Source: Clostridium sp. | GTDB lineage: Bacteria > Bacillota > Clostridia > Clostridiales > Clostridiaceae | DNA: 64,000 nt | NCBI RefSeq assembly: GCF_026168755.1 | Contig: NZ_JAPFDR010000010.1 | Coordinates: 17,487 to 81,486, forward strand | Reading direction: 5' to 3' | Part shown: positions 31,139 through 40,535 of the stretch, piece by piece | Layout: each line of letters opens with the position of its first letter | How positions within the stretch are numbered: position 1 is the first letter of the stretch | The notes under the pieces: generated by a model | What the model saw: the letters and a program-made list of their open reading frames with translations, nothing else | Databases searched by the model: none | Told to the model about the DNA's origin: nothing | Position numbers and translations under genes: made by a program

Positions 31139-31888
31139 CTACTCTAATCTTCTCATCTTTATATAAACATAAATACCACCATCAACATCATTACACACCA
31201 CATCATTGCCAGTATAAATAAACCCTGGATAAAGCTTCTCAAAGACTTCTCTTTCCCCTTGGTTTTGTGATAGCTCATATAATTTTTTATTTGAATACTT
31301 ATAATCATTAATCTTTGGCAATGGTATAATTATATTCTTAGATTGACTCCATCTTTTCTTTCCTCTAGGATCCTTTGAAAGATAATTTGCTAATTCTTCA
31401 AAACCTAGTTCATTAGCTTGCATTCTATTTGCATTAGCTGTGCCTTTTCCCCATAGTTCTTCTGCCTTATCTCTATCCATTCCAGATATTATAATGTGAT
31501 GGTGGATTCTTGTTTTTGTTCTTTTATCATCTGTAGCTTCTCTATATTCTAAAACTGCTATATATTTTAATTCATCAAGTCCATTCCTCTTCCTAAAGTT
31601 TTTAATTCTCCTAATATAATTATTTCTATCACGAATAGCAGTCTCTTCACTATTTGGAAGATTAGCTGCATCATAACTAAGGCTAACTATTAAATCCTTA
31701 TTATCAAAGTTAGCATGAATTCTTCTTCTTAAATTCTTTCTTGCATTTTTATCATTTAGGTTCTTTTGTTCCTTTCTACTCTCCTTCTTTTTCTTTGATC
31801 TACTTTTCTTTTGTTCATATTTAGAAATAGGATATATTTCTACTTCTAAATATTTACCACATAGAAATCTCTTCTCTCTAATAGCCAT
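31139..31888 (-). CDS. HUH rolling-circle replication initiator-like protein
   Basis: RIHHHIII (HUH) and LANYLSK (catalytic Tyr); GGGG RBS; intact. Confidence 0.75.
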   Translation of the reverse strand: MAIREKRFLCGKYLEVEIYPISKYEQKKSRSKKKKESRKEQKNLNDKNARKNLRRRIHANFDNKDLIVSLSYDAANLPNSEETAIRDRNNYIRRIKNFRKRNGLDELKYIAVLEYREATDDKRTKTRIHHHIIISGMDRDKAEELWGKGTANANRMQANELGFEELANYLSKDPRGKKRWSQSKNIIIPLPKINDYKYSNKKLYELSQNQGEREVFEKLYPGFIYTGNDVVCNDVDGGIYVYIKMRRLE

Positions 31889-32057
31889 ACCCTTTACCCC
31901 TATAACTTTATTTCTTAAATTTAAATAACGTTCTAAAGATAATACCTATTACAAGCTCTCAAAGTCCTTAAATTAAGTACCTTTAAAAAACAGTTTATTT
32001 ACAGAGAAAACTCCCTATTGTATAATAAAAATAGAGAGTTTTATTAAACTTTTCATC

Positions 32058-32100
32058 AAGACACATTGAGATTAATCTTGCCGGATTGCCAATGTGTCTT
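32058..32100. repeat. 11-bp perfect inverted repeat upstream of the HUH Rep
   Basis: AAGACACATTG-N21-CAATGTGTCTT. Confidence 0.7.
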
Positions 32101-32489
32101 TTGCTGGTAAAATATTATTTTCATAGCTTAATCTCCAAAATCTTAAGTGTACCAGACCATTTAATATATCTAAAATTCTTGTTCCCTTTTTTAAAAACTT
32201 GTATTTTACTAAATTCTTCTTCTGTAACATATGTGCTTTTTACACATTACCTTCACTCTAGTTCTAAAACTAATTTCAAAGTATTAATATCTCTTAATTC
32301 AACCATGTAACCTCTTCACCTTTAAGAACACTTAACTCAACCCTAAGCCAAATCAGCATACTTCTTAAAACCTCTATTTCAAACTTTATATTTTCAATGG
32401 AACTCTTCATTAAATAATACCTGATTTTAGCTAAGTCTCTATTAAGTCTAAGCTGTGCAATTTTCCCATACCTCTATATTAATTTCCAT

Positions 32490-32798
32490 ATTTTATCCCT
32501 CCACATTTAATAATTTAATTTCATTTTCTAGCACCAATGGAACTTTATAATTAATAATTATTTCTTTTACCATATCTATAGAAATTGCATTATCTATTAC
32601 TGTAGTCACTGGATTCTTTAAATTATTGGTTGCTCTTTTTTAAGCCACCCTTATAAAATCAATTTCTTCCTCAAATCCATACTCAACCATTCTTCGGAAC
32701 CAATCCTTATACTTAGTTCCTATTTCTAAAAACTCATCTAATTCTCTACCACTTACTAATTGTCTACCTTCTCTTTCTATTATCTTAATTAATTCCAT
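32490..32798 (-). pseudogene. AntA/AntB phage antirepressor remnant
   Basis: MELIKIIEREGRQLVSGRELDEFLEIGTKYKDWFRRMVEYGFEEEIDFIRVA*KRATNNLKNP; TAA at 32640-32642. Confidence 0.75.
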
Positions 32799-32918
32799 TA
32801 CTTAATCACTCCATTTCTAATTATCTCCTTAGCTAATACTTATTAAATTCACCATTTAACAAATTCTTTATTATGTTAATCCTTATTGGTTAAGGCTAAT
32901 TAGCCTATTTTTCATAAG

Positions 32919-33074
32919 TTAATCAAAGTACTTACAATCATTTTCTTCAAGATAATCAACAATTAAATCTATTTCCTCAGACGTAAATTTTTGTATTGCA
33001 ATATCTGTTAATATATCTATTAACTTATTTTCTAAAATACTCATATCTTCTGGATAAATACATGTAATCGTCAC
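32919..33074 (-). CDS. 51-aa acidic protein divergent from recombinase A; candidate recombination directionality factor
   Basis: Manual: GGGGG RBS, GTG start, MTITCIYPEDMSILENKLIDILTDIAIQKFTSEEIDLIVDYLEENDCKYFD*. Confidence 0.65.
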   Translation of the reverse strand: MTITCIYPEDMSILENKLIDILTDIAIQKFTSEEIDLIVDYLEENDCKYFD

Positions 33075-33101
33075 TATCTCGCCCCCTATAAATTAATAAT
33101 C

Positions 33102-33130
33102 TATACTATGCTTGTACACTTCTTTTGGTT
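33102..33130 (-). promoter_or_regulatory. Sigma-K-type promoter for the 51-aa ORF
   Basis: AACC-N16-CATAGTATA, a full match to mACm-N16-CATAnnnTA, 28 bp before the GTG. Confidence 0.65.
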
Positions 33131-33257
33131 ACACTTAGTAATACTTTATACACTAAAGAAAAGATTGAGATTGTATTTATCTAAAGAACTTATTAGGATA
33201 AATCTAAAATATATTTATTTTAAAATAATGTTGCATATATTAAACTGAGGTGATTAG

Positions 33258-34895
33258 ATGAAGATTGCTATTTACTCAAGAAAGAGCAAATACACAGGAA
33301 AAGGTGATTCCATAGGTAACCAAATTCAAATGTGTAAGGACTACATTGAGACTAATTATAGAAATAAAGACCATGAATATATTATTTATGAAGACGAAGG
33401 ATTTTCTGGTGGAAATATCAACAGGCCAAAGTTCCAGAAGCTTCTTAATGATATTAAAAAAGAAAAATTTGATATTCTAATATGCTATAGACTTGATAGA
33501 ATTAGTAGAAATGTATCTGACTTCTCCACTACCTTAGATGAAATTCAAAGCTATGGAGTTGATTTTATAAGTGTTAAAGAACAATTTGATACAACTACTC
33601 CAATGGGAAGAGCTATGATATACATAGCATCAGTATTTGCCCAACTTGAACGTGAAACCATTGCTGAACGCGTAAGAGATAATATGATTGAACTAGCCAA
33701 GTCAGGAAAATGGTCTGGAGGTAGAACCCCTCTTGGCTTTGATAGTGAAGGTTCATCTTATATTGATGAAGAAGGAAATGAAAGAAGATTAGTTAAACTT
33801 GTGAAAAATGATGAGGAGCTAAAACTAGTTAATCTTATTTATGATACTTATCTAAGAGAAGGTTCATTGCATAAAACAGAAACTTACTTTGCTTCTCACA
33901 ACATTAAATCAAATAGAAATATCCTTCTTGAAAAAACATCATTAAAGGTAATCTTAAATAATCCTGTTTATGCAATAAGCTCTCCAGAACTTAAGAGGTG
34001 GCTTGAGGATGATGGATGGAATGTATATGGTGAACCTGATGGCAAACATAGCTATCTTAGTTATAATAAGACAAAGCACGTAACTAGAAATGGGAAATCA
34101 ATGAAAATACCAAACGATAAAGAAAATTGGATAGCTGCAATAAGTAATTGCCCTGGTATAATTGAAGCAGATAAATGGATTCAAGTACAAGAACAATTTA
34201 AAGGCAATAGAGGTTCATTCCCTAAAAAAGCAAGAACCCACGATGCAAAACTTGTTGGAAAAATATATTGTGCCCACTGTAATAACTACATGCAGGTGAT
34301 TCATGGAAATATTAAAAAAGATACAGGAAAAAGACAACACTACTACTCCTGCTCATTAAAAAAGAAATCCAAAAATGAATTATGCAAAAACAAAAATGTT
34401 AAGATAGATGCTGTAGAAGATTTATTACTCCAAGAGCTAGAAAGACTAGATAAAAATAAAAAAAGCTATATTCAAAGCCTTAAAAAGAAAAATAACTCAG
34501 TTAAGAAAAATAAAGATGTAAAACAAAAGCAGATATCAATACAAAAAGAAATTGATGCCAAACAAAAAATACTTAATAATTTAATAGATAAGTTAGCAAT
34601 TGCTGATGACCTAGATGATATAATAATACAAAGAATAAGATCCACTAAAAATGAAATGCAAGAGTTACAGAAACAACTAGATGAAATATCAAAAGAGATA
34701 GAAGATTCAAACTACAAGAAATTAGACCTAGACTTTATAAAAAGCTTACTAGAAAAGTGTGCTGATATAAGAGAACTAGATTCTAATGAACAAAGACTCC
34801 TAATAGGTGTTTTAGTAGATAAGATTCTATGGGATGGTAATACTCAAGATGTAACAGTATATTTCATTGGAAGTGGAGACGTAAAAAAAAAGTAG
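33258..34895 (+). CDS. Large serine recombinase (SpoIVCA/CisA-like), element A
   Basis: 545 aa; YSRKS, EDEGFSGGNINRP, RLDRISR, GGRTPLGF, zinc ribbon CAHC...YYSCS; intact with GAGGTG RBS. Confidence 0.95.
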   Translation: MKIAIYSRKSKYTGKGDSIGNQIQMCKDYIETNYRNKDHEYIIYEDEGFSGGNINRPKFQKLLNDIKKEKFDILICYRLDRISRNVSDFSTTLDEIQSYGVDFISVKEQFDTTTPMGRAMIYIASVFAQLERETIAERVRDNMIELAKSGKWSGGRTPLGFDSEGSSYIDEEGNERRLVKLVKNDEELKLVNLIYDTYLREGSLHKTETYFASHNIKSNRNILLEKTSLKVILNNPVYAISSPELKRWLEDDGWNVYGEPDGKHSYLSYNKTKHVTRNGKSMKIPNDKENWIAAISNCPGIIEADKWIQVQEQFKGNRGSFPKKARTHDAKLVGKIYCAHCNNYMQVIHGNIKKDTGKRQHYYSCSLKKKSKNELCKNKNVKIDAVEDLLLQELERLDKNKKSYIQSLKKKNNSVKKNKDVKQKQISIQKEIDAKQKILNNLIDKLAIADDLDDIIIQRIRSTKNEMQELQKQLDEISKEIEDSNYKKLDLDFIKSLLEKCADIRELDSNEQRLLIGVLVDKILWDGNTQDVTVYFIGSGDVKKK

Positions 34896-34943
34896 ACTCT
34901 CTACTTCCTGATTTATTCCAATTGTTGCAAATTCAACCACACA

Positions 34944-35728
34944 GCATGACCAGTATCAAGTAAAACTATATTTTCTGCAAACTCCTTAAGTGCATATTGT
35001 TGACATACCTTTGTACTAAGCTTACCATAATTTACATCTTCATCAGGAACCTTTAAAACAACTACCCCTGTTTTATCTAGTTGCTCTCTAATTTCATTAG
35101 ATAAACTTTCCTTTGCAAGCTTACAAGATCCTGAAAATGCTCCAAGTGCATCTCCATCTCTTTCACCTTGAATATCTGAAACTCCACATCTTGCACTTAT
35201 ACTTAATCTTGGTCCAAAAGCAGGGCAACGCAATATACACATAGAACATCCATTACCATATCTTAAACAATTCCCCATAGGTCCTGTTGAACCAGTTGTT
35301 TCAATAAACACATCACCTTTAACGTAAGTGTCATCACTTAATAAAATTCCCCTTATCTTATTGTTTTCAACATCAACATCTTTAACACGACTCTCTAAAT
35401 GAAGATGTATTCCTAATGATTTCAAATAATCTCTTACTACACCTTCAATAATATTAACATCATAAAGAGTTGCATGTTTATGACCAGGGAATTCTATATT
35501 AGCATGTCTTGCACATTTATCTGTTATTTCAATTAAGTCTCCTGCCCCTAAAGCTATAAGCTCTTCTGATGCAGTATAACGTCCATTATTTCTCATTATA
35601 CCACCAACATTACCAAGTCCAAGTAAAAGATCTGTTTTTTCATAGATATGGACATCTGCTCCAGCTTTCTTCGCTGTTATTGCGGCAGCACAGCCTGACC
35701 AACCTCCCCCAACAACTACTACCTTCAT
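34944..35728 (-). CDS. Segment 1 (N-terminus) of the interrupted GidA/MnmG-related FAD oxidoreductase
   Basis: VVVGGGWSGCAAA FAD-binding motif; native sequence ends at DTGHA (codon 262); the tail VWLNLQQLE* to 34913 is element DNA. Confidence 0.92.
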
Positions 35729-36717
35729 ATTAATCTCCTCCCCTCAAAAATACCTCTTGGACTAGCTTGTACTTTACAAAATCTCTTTACTCTATGACCT
35801 GAAAATCTAGCTGTACAACTTCCGCATACACCTTCTCCACAACACATCTTAAAATTATTGCAACATGATAAATCTATATCTTTTCTATCTAAAGAATCTA
35901 AAAAATCAATAACACTATAAGTTAATATATCTGCTCCAGCTATATGGATTAAAGATATATTATTATATTTAACAATAGATTTTATAGCAACCTTTCCCTC
36001 TGGTGATAACTCTCCTTTTTCTATTAAATTCATCTCTTGAGGTACTATATTTAATTTATCTAACCACTCCGAAACATATATTTCCTTAAAAGGTTGTTTA
36101 TCTAATAAAAGTGTTACTGTATTACCATTTTCGACTAATCTGTCAATTACAGGCATCATAGGTGCCATACCAATACCTCTAGCAATAACTAAAGCCTCAT
36201 TATTTTTTTGTTTTCTTATGTTTTTTAATCCAAATACTCCGTTCCAATAAGGTCCTCTTATTGTTATATTTCCTCCAGACTCAATATTTAATAATTGCTT
36301 AGTCTTAATTCCTCTTATTTCTATCATAATAGATATTATATTAGTTTCTATATCTGATTCTAAAATCGAAATAGGAACATCAAAATATACATTTTCTTCA
36401 CTTCTAATAAAAATAAAGCTACCAGGCCTTGCTAAATCTATTACAAGCTTATGCGGTGCTTCAAATTTAATTAATAATACATCATCTGGATATAATACCT
36501 TTTCACATACTTTACAAGTATACGTTTTTCTTTGCTCTTTTGCCTTGTTTCCATTATCATGAAGTTCTTGATATATACATACTCCCTTCCAATTTAAACA
36601 ATCACAAAAATGACTTCCTTGCAATTGTGAACAAAGAATACATTCACCCTTCTCAGCTAAGTGACACGGGCAAAATTCAGTCCCTGCATCTATACAATCA
36701 ATTGTCTCCTTAAACAT
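35725..36717 (-). CDS. Ferredoxin-NADP reductase/PyrK-like FAD/NAD-binding Fe-S protein
   Basis: RPGSFIFI, RGPYWNG, ARGIGMAP, C-terminal MCCGEGVCGSC [2Fe-2S] motif, Cys-rich N-terminus; 4-bp overlap with the oxidoreductase start. Confidence 0.85.
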   Translation of the reverse strand: MFKETIDCIDAGTEFCPCHLAEKGECILCSQLQGSHFCDCLNWKGVCIYQELHDNGNKAKEQRKTYTCKVCEKVLYPDDVLLIKFEAPHKLVIDLARPGSFIFIRSEENVYFDVPISILESDIETNIISIMIEIRGIKTKQLLNIESGGNITIRGPYWNGVFGLKNIRKQKNNEALVIARGIGMAPMMPVIDRLVENGNTVTLLLDKQPFKEIYVSEWLDKLNIVPQEMNLIEKGELSPEGKVAIKSIVKYNNISLIHIAGADILTYSVIDFLDSLDRKDIDLSCCNNFKMCCGEGVCGSCTARFSGHRVKRFCKVQASPRGIFEGRRLI

Positions 36718-36946
36718 TTAAACTCCTAAAGTAATACTATACACTATATAGATTATTTTAAAAATTTCTTTTTGTTACTATAAGTCCTCTGATATATAAA
36801 ATATTCTACTATATTTTAATAAATAAACTTATTACATGTTTAATAAGAAATTATTCATATATTTAATATAATTTATAAACATAAAAAGCCACAACATATA
36901 TAAAATAGTTAACTATCTTATATATGTTGTGACTAAAATGTCTTCT

Positions 36947-38293
36947 TTAATCTTCAGCGAATTTTCTGCTAATTACTTTTTCTTTACTTTTCCAGAATAA
37001 TACTGCTGATATTATTACTAATAAACAGAATCCTGCATATATCCAGAACAACTGATTACCCATACTACCAAATAGAATTATTAATGATCCTATTATAGCT
37101 AATGTTGGATTTATTTTAGAATTCCAAACGCCTTTAATTTCACCACTTCTTCCCAGTTGTAATACCTTAAAGTATAAAATAATATATAAAGTATAACTCA
37201 TTGTTATTGATATTTCTGATATATCTGAATTTGGAAGAATTTCAAATTTAGTTGTTATATAATGAACAACAAACCATACTAAAGATACTAAAAATGCAAC
37301 TAAAGCAGAATTTACAGGCATTAATAATTTTTCATTTACTTTAGAAACAAACTCTGAATTAGGGACCATATTTCTTTCTGCTAAAGAATGTGGTAATCTT
37401 ATCATCCCTAATGTTAATCCGTTAATTGTTCCCATTATAGATATTATTACAAACACTAATACTATTTTAGCTCCCCATGGACCTAATAAATTATTAGCTG
37501 CTAAATCAACATGAGCATCACCAAGAGCCATAATTGTTTCTGGTCCTAAATAAATACTTATACCAACAAAATATAACACATACATAGCTAAAATAAATAT
37601 TGGTGCTATTATTAAAGCCTTTGGTAAATTTCTTTTCGAATCTTTTATTTCATGTCCTATAGATGTAGACACTACCCAACCATCAAATGAAAATGCAATT
37701 GGTGCTATGGCAGCAATCCAACCAACTGATTGCATTGATGTTACATGACTTAATGTAATATTGCTTGTATCACCAAAAATTAACCCTGCAATTGCAATTA
37801 AAATCAAAGGTATTAATTTTATAACGGTAGATGCATTTTGAAATAATCCACCTAACTTTGCAGATAAAGTATTCATTATAAATAAGAATGCCATAATAGC
37901 AAAACCTATTAACATTTGTATTTCTAAAGTACCTTCTACTCCAAATAACATACATATATATATTCCTGATACCCAAGAAACAACTGCTATTAAAGTAGGA
38001 AAATATAAAAATGTTTGGAACCATCCAAATGCACATGCTAGTGATTTATTATAATTCTCTTCTGCATATGCTATTATTCCTCCTGATTGTGAGCTTCTAG
38101 ATGCAAGTTGTGATATTGTTAAACTTCCAAATATTATTGCAATAGCTGCTATACAAAATACTAATACTCCTAAAGCAATACTTCCATCTGTCGCGACTAA
38201 TATATTATCGCTTTTAAAGAATATCCCAGATCCTATAACTATACCAACTATCATAGTTATGGCTGTAAACAATCCATATTCGTTCTTCTTCAT
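36947..38293 (-). CDS. APC-family amino acid permease
   Basis: GIVIGSGIF, FSFDGW, KRNLPKA; about 12 TM segments. Confidence 0.9.
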   Translation of the reverse strand: MKKNEYGLFTAITMIVGIVIGSGIFFKSDNILVATDGSIALGVLVFCIAAIAIIFGSLTISQLASRSSQSGGIIAYAEENYNKSLACAFGWFQTFLYFPTLIAVVSWVSGIYICMLFGVEGTLEIQMLIGFAIMAFLFIMNTLSAKLGGLFQNASTVIKLIPLILIAIAGLIFGDTSNITLSHVTSMQSVGWIAAIAPIAFSFDGWVVSTSIGHEIKDSKRNLPKALIIAPIFILAMYVLYFVGISIYLGPETIMALGDAHVDLAANNLLGPWGAKIVLVFVIISIMGTINGLTLGMIRLPHSLAERNMVPNSEFVSKVNEKLLMPVNSALVAFLVSLVWFVVHYITTKFEILPNSDISEISITMSYTLYIILYFKVLQLGRSGEIKGVWNSKINPTLAIIGSLIILFGSMGNQLFWIYAGFCLLVIISAVLFWKSKEKVISRKFAED

Positions 38294-38497
38294 GTTTTTC
38301 CCCCCATTGTTCTTTCATAACTTTTCTTAAAAATAGAGCTTTTCACCTTTTATTTCCTATGAAAATAAAGGTTAATTATTCTATTATCTGCTACGTTTCT
38401 ATAAATATATCATGAATTTATTATTTAGTAAATATTAGATTGTATTTTTTTTATTTTATCAATTTTATTTTAACATTTTTAACAATTTATTGAAATA

Positions 38498-39121
38498 TCA
38501 TTCAAAAATCTTATTTCCCATTTGAATAAAGCTTTGTAAGGCCATAAAGAATTTTATATCACATCTTTCATTACTATTTATTATTTTTATAGCATCTTCT
38601 TTAGATAACAATATTGTTTCTATATCCTCATCTTCTTCTAAATTTTCATCAGATACTTTTCCAGAACATGTACAATAAACTAAAGAAACTGATTCATCTG
38701 TCATTCCTGGTGATAAATATAATTTTTGCCCCATTTTATTTTCTATAACTTTATCTAAATCTAACCCTGTTTCTTCCTTTAACTCTCTTTTTACTGTTGA
38801 TATAATATCATCATTATTATCTATTAAACCTGCTGGTAATTCGTAAACATAATTATTTAGAGGTATTCTAAATTGTCTTATTGCCACTAATTTCTTCTCT
38901 TCCTTATGATAAGCTAATATAACAACTGCATCAACTTTATCCTCTTTTCCATTAAAGAATTGCTCTTCTAATACTTCTTTGCTTTTTCTAGTGGCAATAG
39001 TCCAAGTCTTTTTATTTCCACCTTTATTTATATAATTAGCATTATAAAGACTTAAAAATTTAGTTTGTGCTAATGCCTCTATATTTTGTACTTTATTTTT
39101 CATTTTACAATTCTCCTCCAT
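38498..39121 (-). CDS. NUDIX hydrolase (ADP-ribose pyrophosphatase-like)
   Basis: ELPAGLI...RELKEETG Nudix box; SPGMTDE. Confidence 0.9.
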   Translation of the reverse strand: MEENCKMKNKVQNIEALAQTKFLSLYNANYINKGGNKKTWTIATRKSKEVLEEQFFNGKEDKVDAVVILAYHKEEKKLVAIRQFRIPLNNYVYELPAGLIDNNDDIISTVKRELKEETGLDLDKVIENKMGQKLYLSPGMTDESVSLVYCTCSGKVSDENLEEDEDIETILLSKEDAIKIINSNERCDIKFFMALQSFIQMGNKIFE

Positions 39122-39233
39122 TTTATCCTATAGATATATTTTTTTATATAATACTATCTTAAAACTCCTTTATAATTATAACTTATATATTTATATTTTA
39201 TAACATAAATTTATGCAATAAAAGAAAAAAGCA

Positions 39234-40433
39234 CTAATAATTAGTGCTTCCTTTATTAACTATTTCTTCAAATTCATTTTCCGTTATATCTTTACCACAA
39301 ATCAATGCTTTTTTTACTAATTCTTCTCCCTGATTATTTAAAGCTACTTTACCGATTATATCTCCAGAATTTTTATTTATTGTATTGAAAACTTCTACTT
39401 CTATAGACCCTTCACCCTTAAATCCATATTCAAAGTCACACTCTTCAATAACACTTCCTAAACTGATAAATTCTGATGTTTTTGCAATATCCTTTACATT
39501 TTCATTCTTAAAGGAATAGTTATCTACAACATATTTATATATATTTTCTGTAACATTCCATCTATCACTACAATTTAAAACAACTATAATTATATTTCTT
39601 CCTTCATGTTTAACTGAAGATACTAAGCATTTTCCTGCTTGCCCTGTATAACCTGTTTTAACTCCATTTGCTTCTGGAATTTTATATAATATCTTATTTA
39701 TATTGTTATAATCTCTTGTAAAATTTGAAGTATCCATAGTTATACTTTTTGTTCCACAAATTTGACAAAACAACTCACTTTCCATAGCTTTTGTAGTTAA
39801 AAGAGCTAAATCATATGCACATGTATAATGTTTAGCACTATCTAACCCATGTGGACTTTCAAAGTGTGAATTTATTAATCCCAAACTAATAGCATAATCA
39901 TTCATTATCTTAGCAAACCCTTCAACACTTCCTCCTATATCTTCAGCAATTGCTATAGCTGCATCATTACCTGATTTATACATTAATCCGTATAACAACT
40001 CTCTTAATCTTATTTTCTCTCCTGCTACATATCCTACTTTTGACCCTCTAATAGATGCTGCATTTTTACTTATAGTAACTTCTCTATCTAAGTCTCCATG
40101 AGTTATTGCAACCAAAGCTGTAAGGATTTTTGTTGTGCTGGCCATTGGTACTATTTCATCAGCATTTTGTTCAAATAAGACTTGCTTTGTTTTGCTATCT
40201 AAGGCTATTGCGTTCCTTGCTGAGACTTTAATACTATTTAGTATATTATTCATATCTACATCATCTATTTCATCATCTTCAAGTATTGCTAATTCATTAT
40301 CATCTTCATCTTCAAAACATTGAGCATATGCACAATTACTTAATAATTGAAAAATTATTAAAAACAAACTCAAAGTTATTCCTACTTTTTTAAATTTTAT
40401 CATTAGTATCACTCCTATTTTCTCCTTACACAT
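39234..40433 (-). CDS. D-Ala-D-Ala carboxypeptidase (peptidase S11, DacB-like)
   Basis: STTK, SGN and KTG motifs; real start probably MIKFKK near 40403. Confidence 0.88.
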   Translation of the reverse strand: MCKEKIGVILMIKFKKVGITLSLFLIIFQLLSNCAYAQCFEDEDDNELAILEDDEIDDVDMNNILNSIKVSARNAIALDSKTKQVLFEQNADEIVPMASTTKILTALVAITHGDLDREVTISKNAASIRGSKVGYVAGEKIRLRELLYGLMYKSGNDAAIAIAEDIGGSVEGFAKIMNDYAISLGLINSHFESPHGLDSAKHYTCAYDLALLTTKAMESELFCQICGTKSITMDTSNFTRDYNNINKILYKIPEANGVKTGYTGQAGKCLVSSVKHEGRNIIIVVLNCSDRWNVTENIYKYVVDNYSFKNENVKDIAKTSEFISLGSVIEECDFEYGFKGEGSIEVEVFNTINKNSGDIIGKVALNNQGEELVKKALICGKDITENEFEEIVNKGSTNY

Positions 40434-40535
40434 GTAGTATTTTCATTTATAAAAATTTTAAACCTAAATAATAAATTTTTATGATTTATATTTTATTTTT
40501 GTGGCAATACTATAAAAAGCTAGTGGAGGTTAATT

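Larger units (their letters stand above)
14542..34948. mobile_element. Element A: 20,402-bp gene-intervening element with a large serine recombinase
   Basis: Core GCATG at 14542-14546 and 34944-34948; joining the ends gives a symmetric attP; recombinase stops 48 bp before the right core. Confidence 0.9.

Noticed and set aside
33234-33241. Sigma-E/K promoter for recombinase A
   Set aside because: CATATATT fits a -10 box, but there is no matching -35 element at the required spacing.
14542-34948. Calling element A (or B) a prophage or ICE
   Set aside because: No terminase, capsid, tail, lysin, relaxase-T4CP or T4SS genes were recognised.
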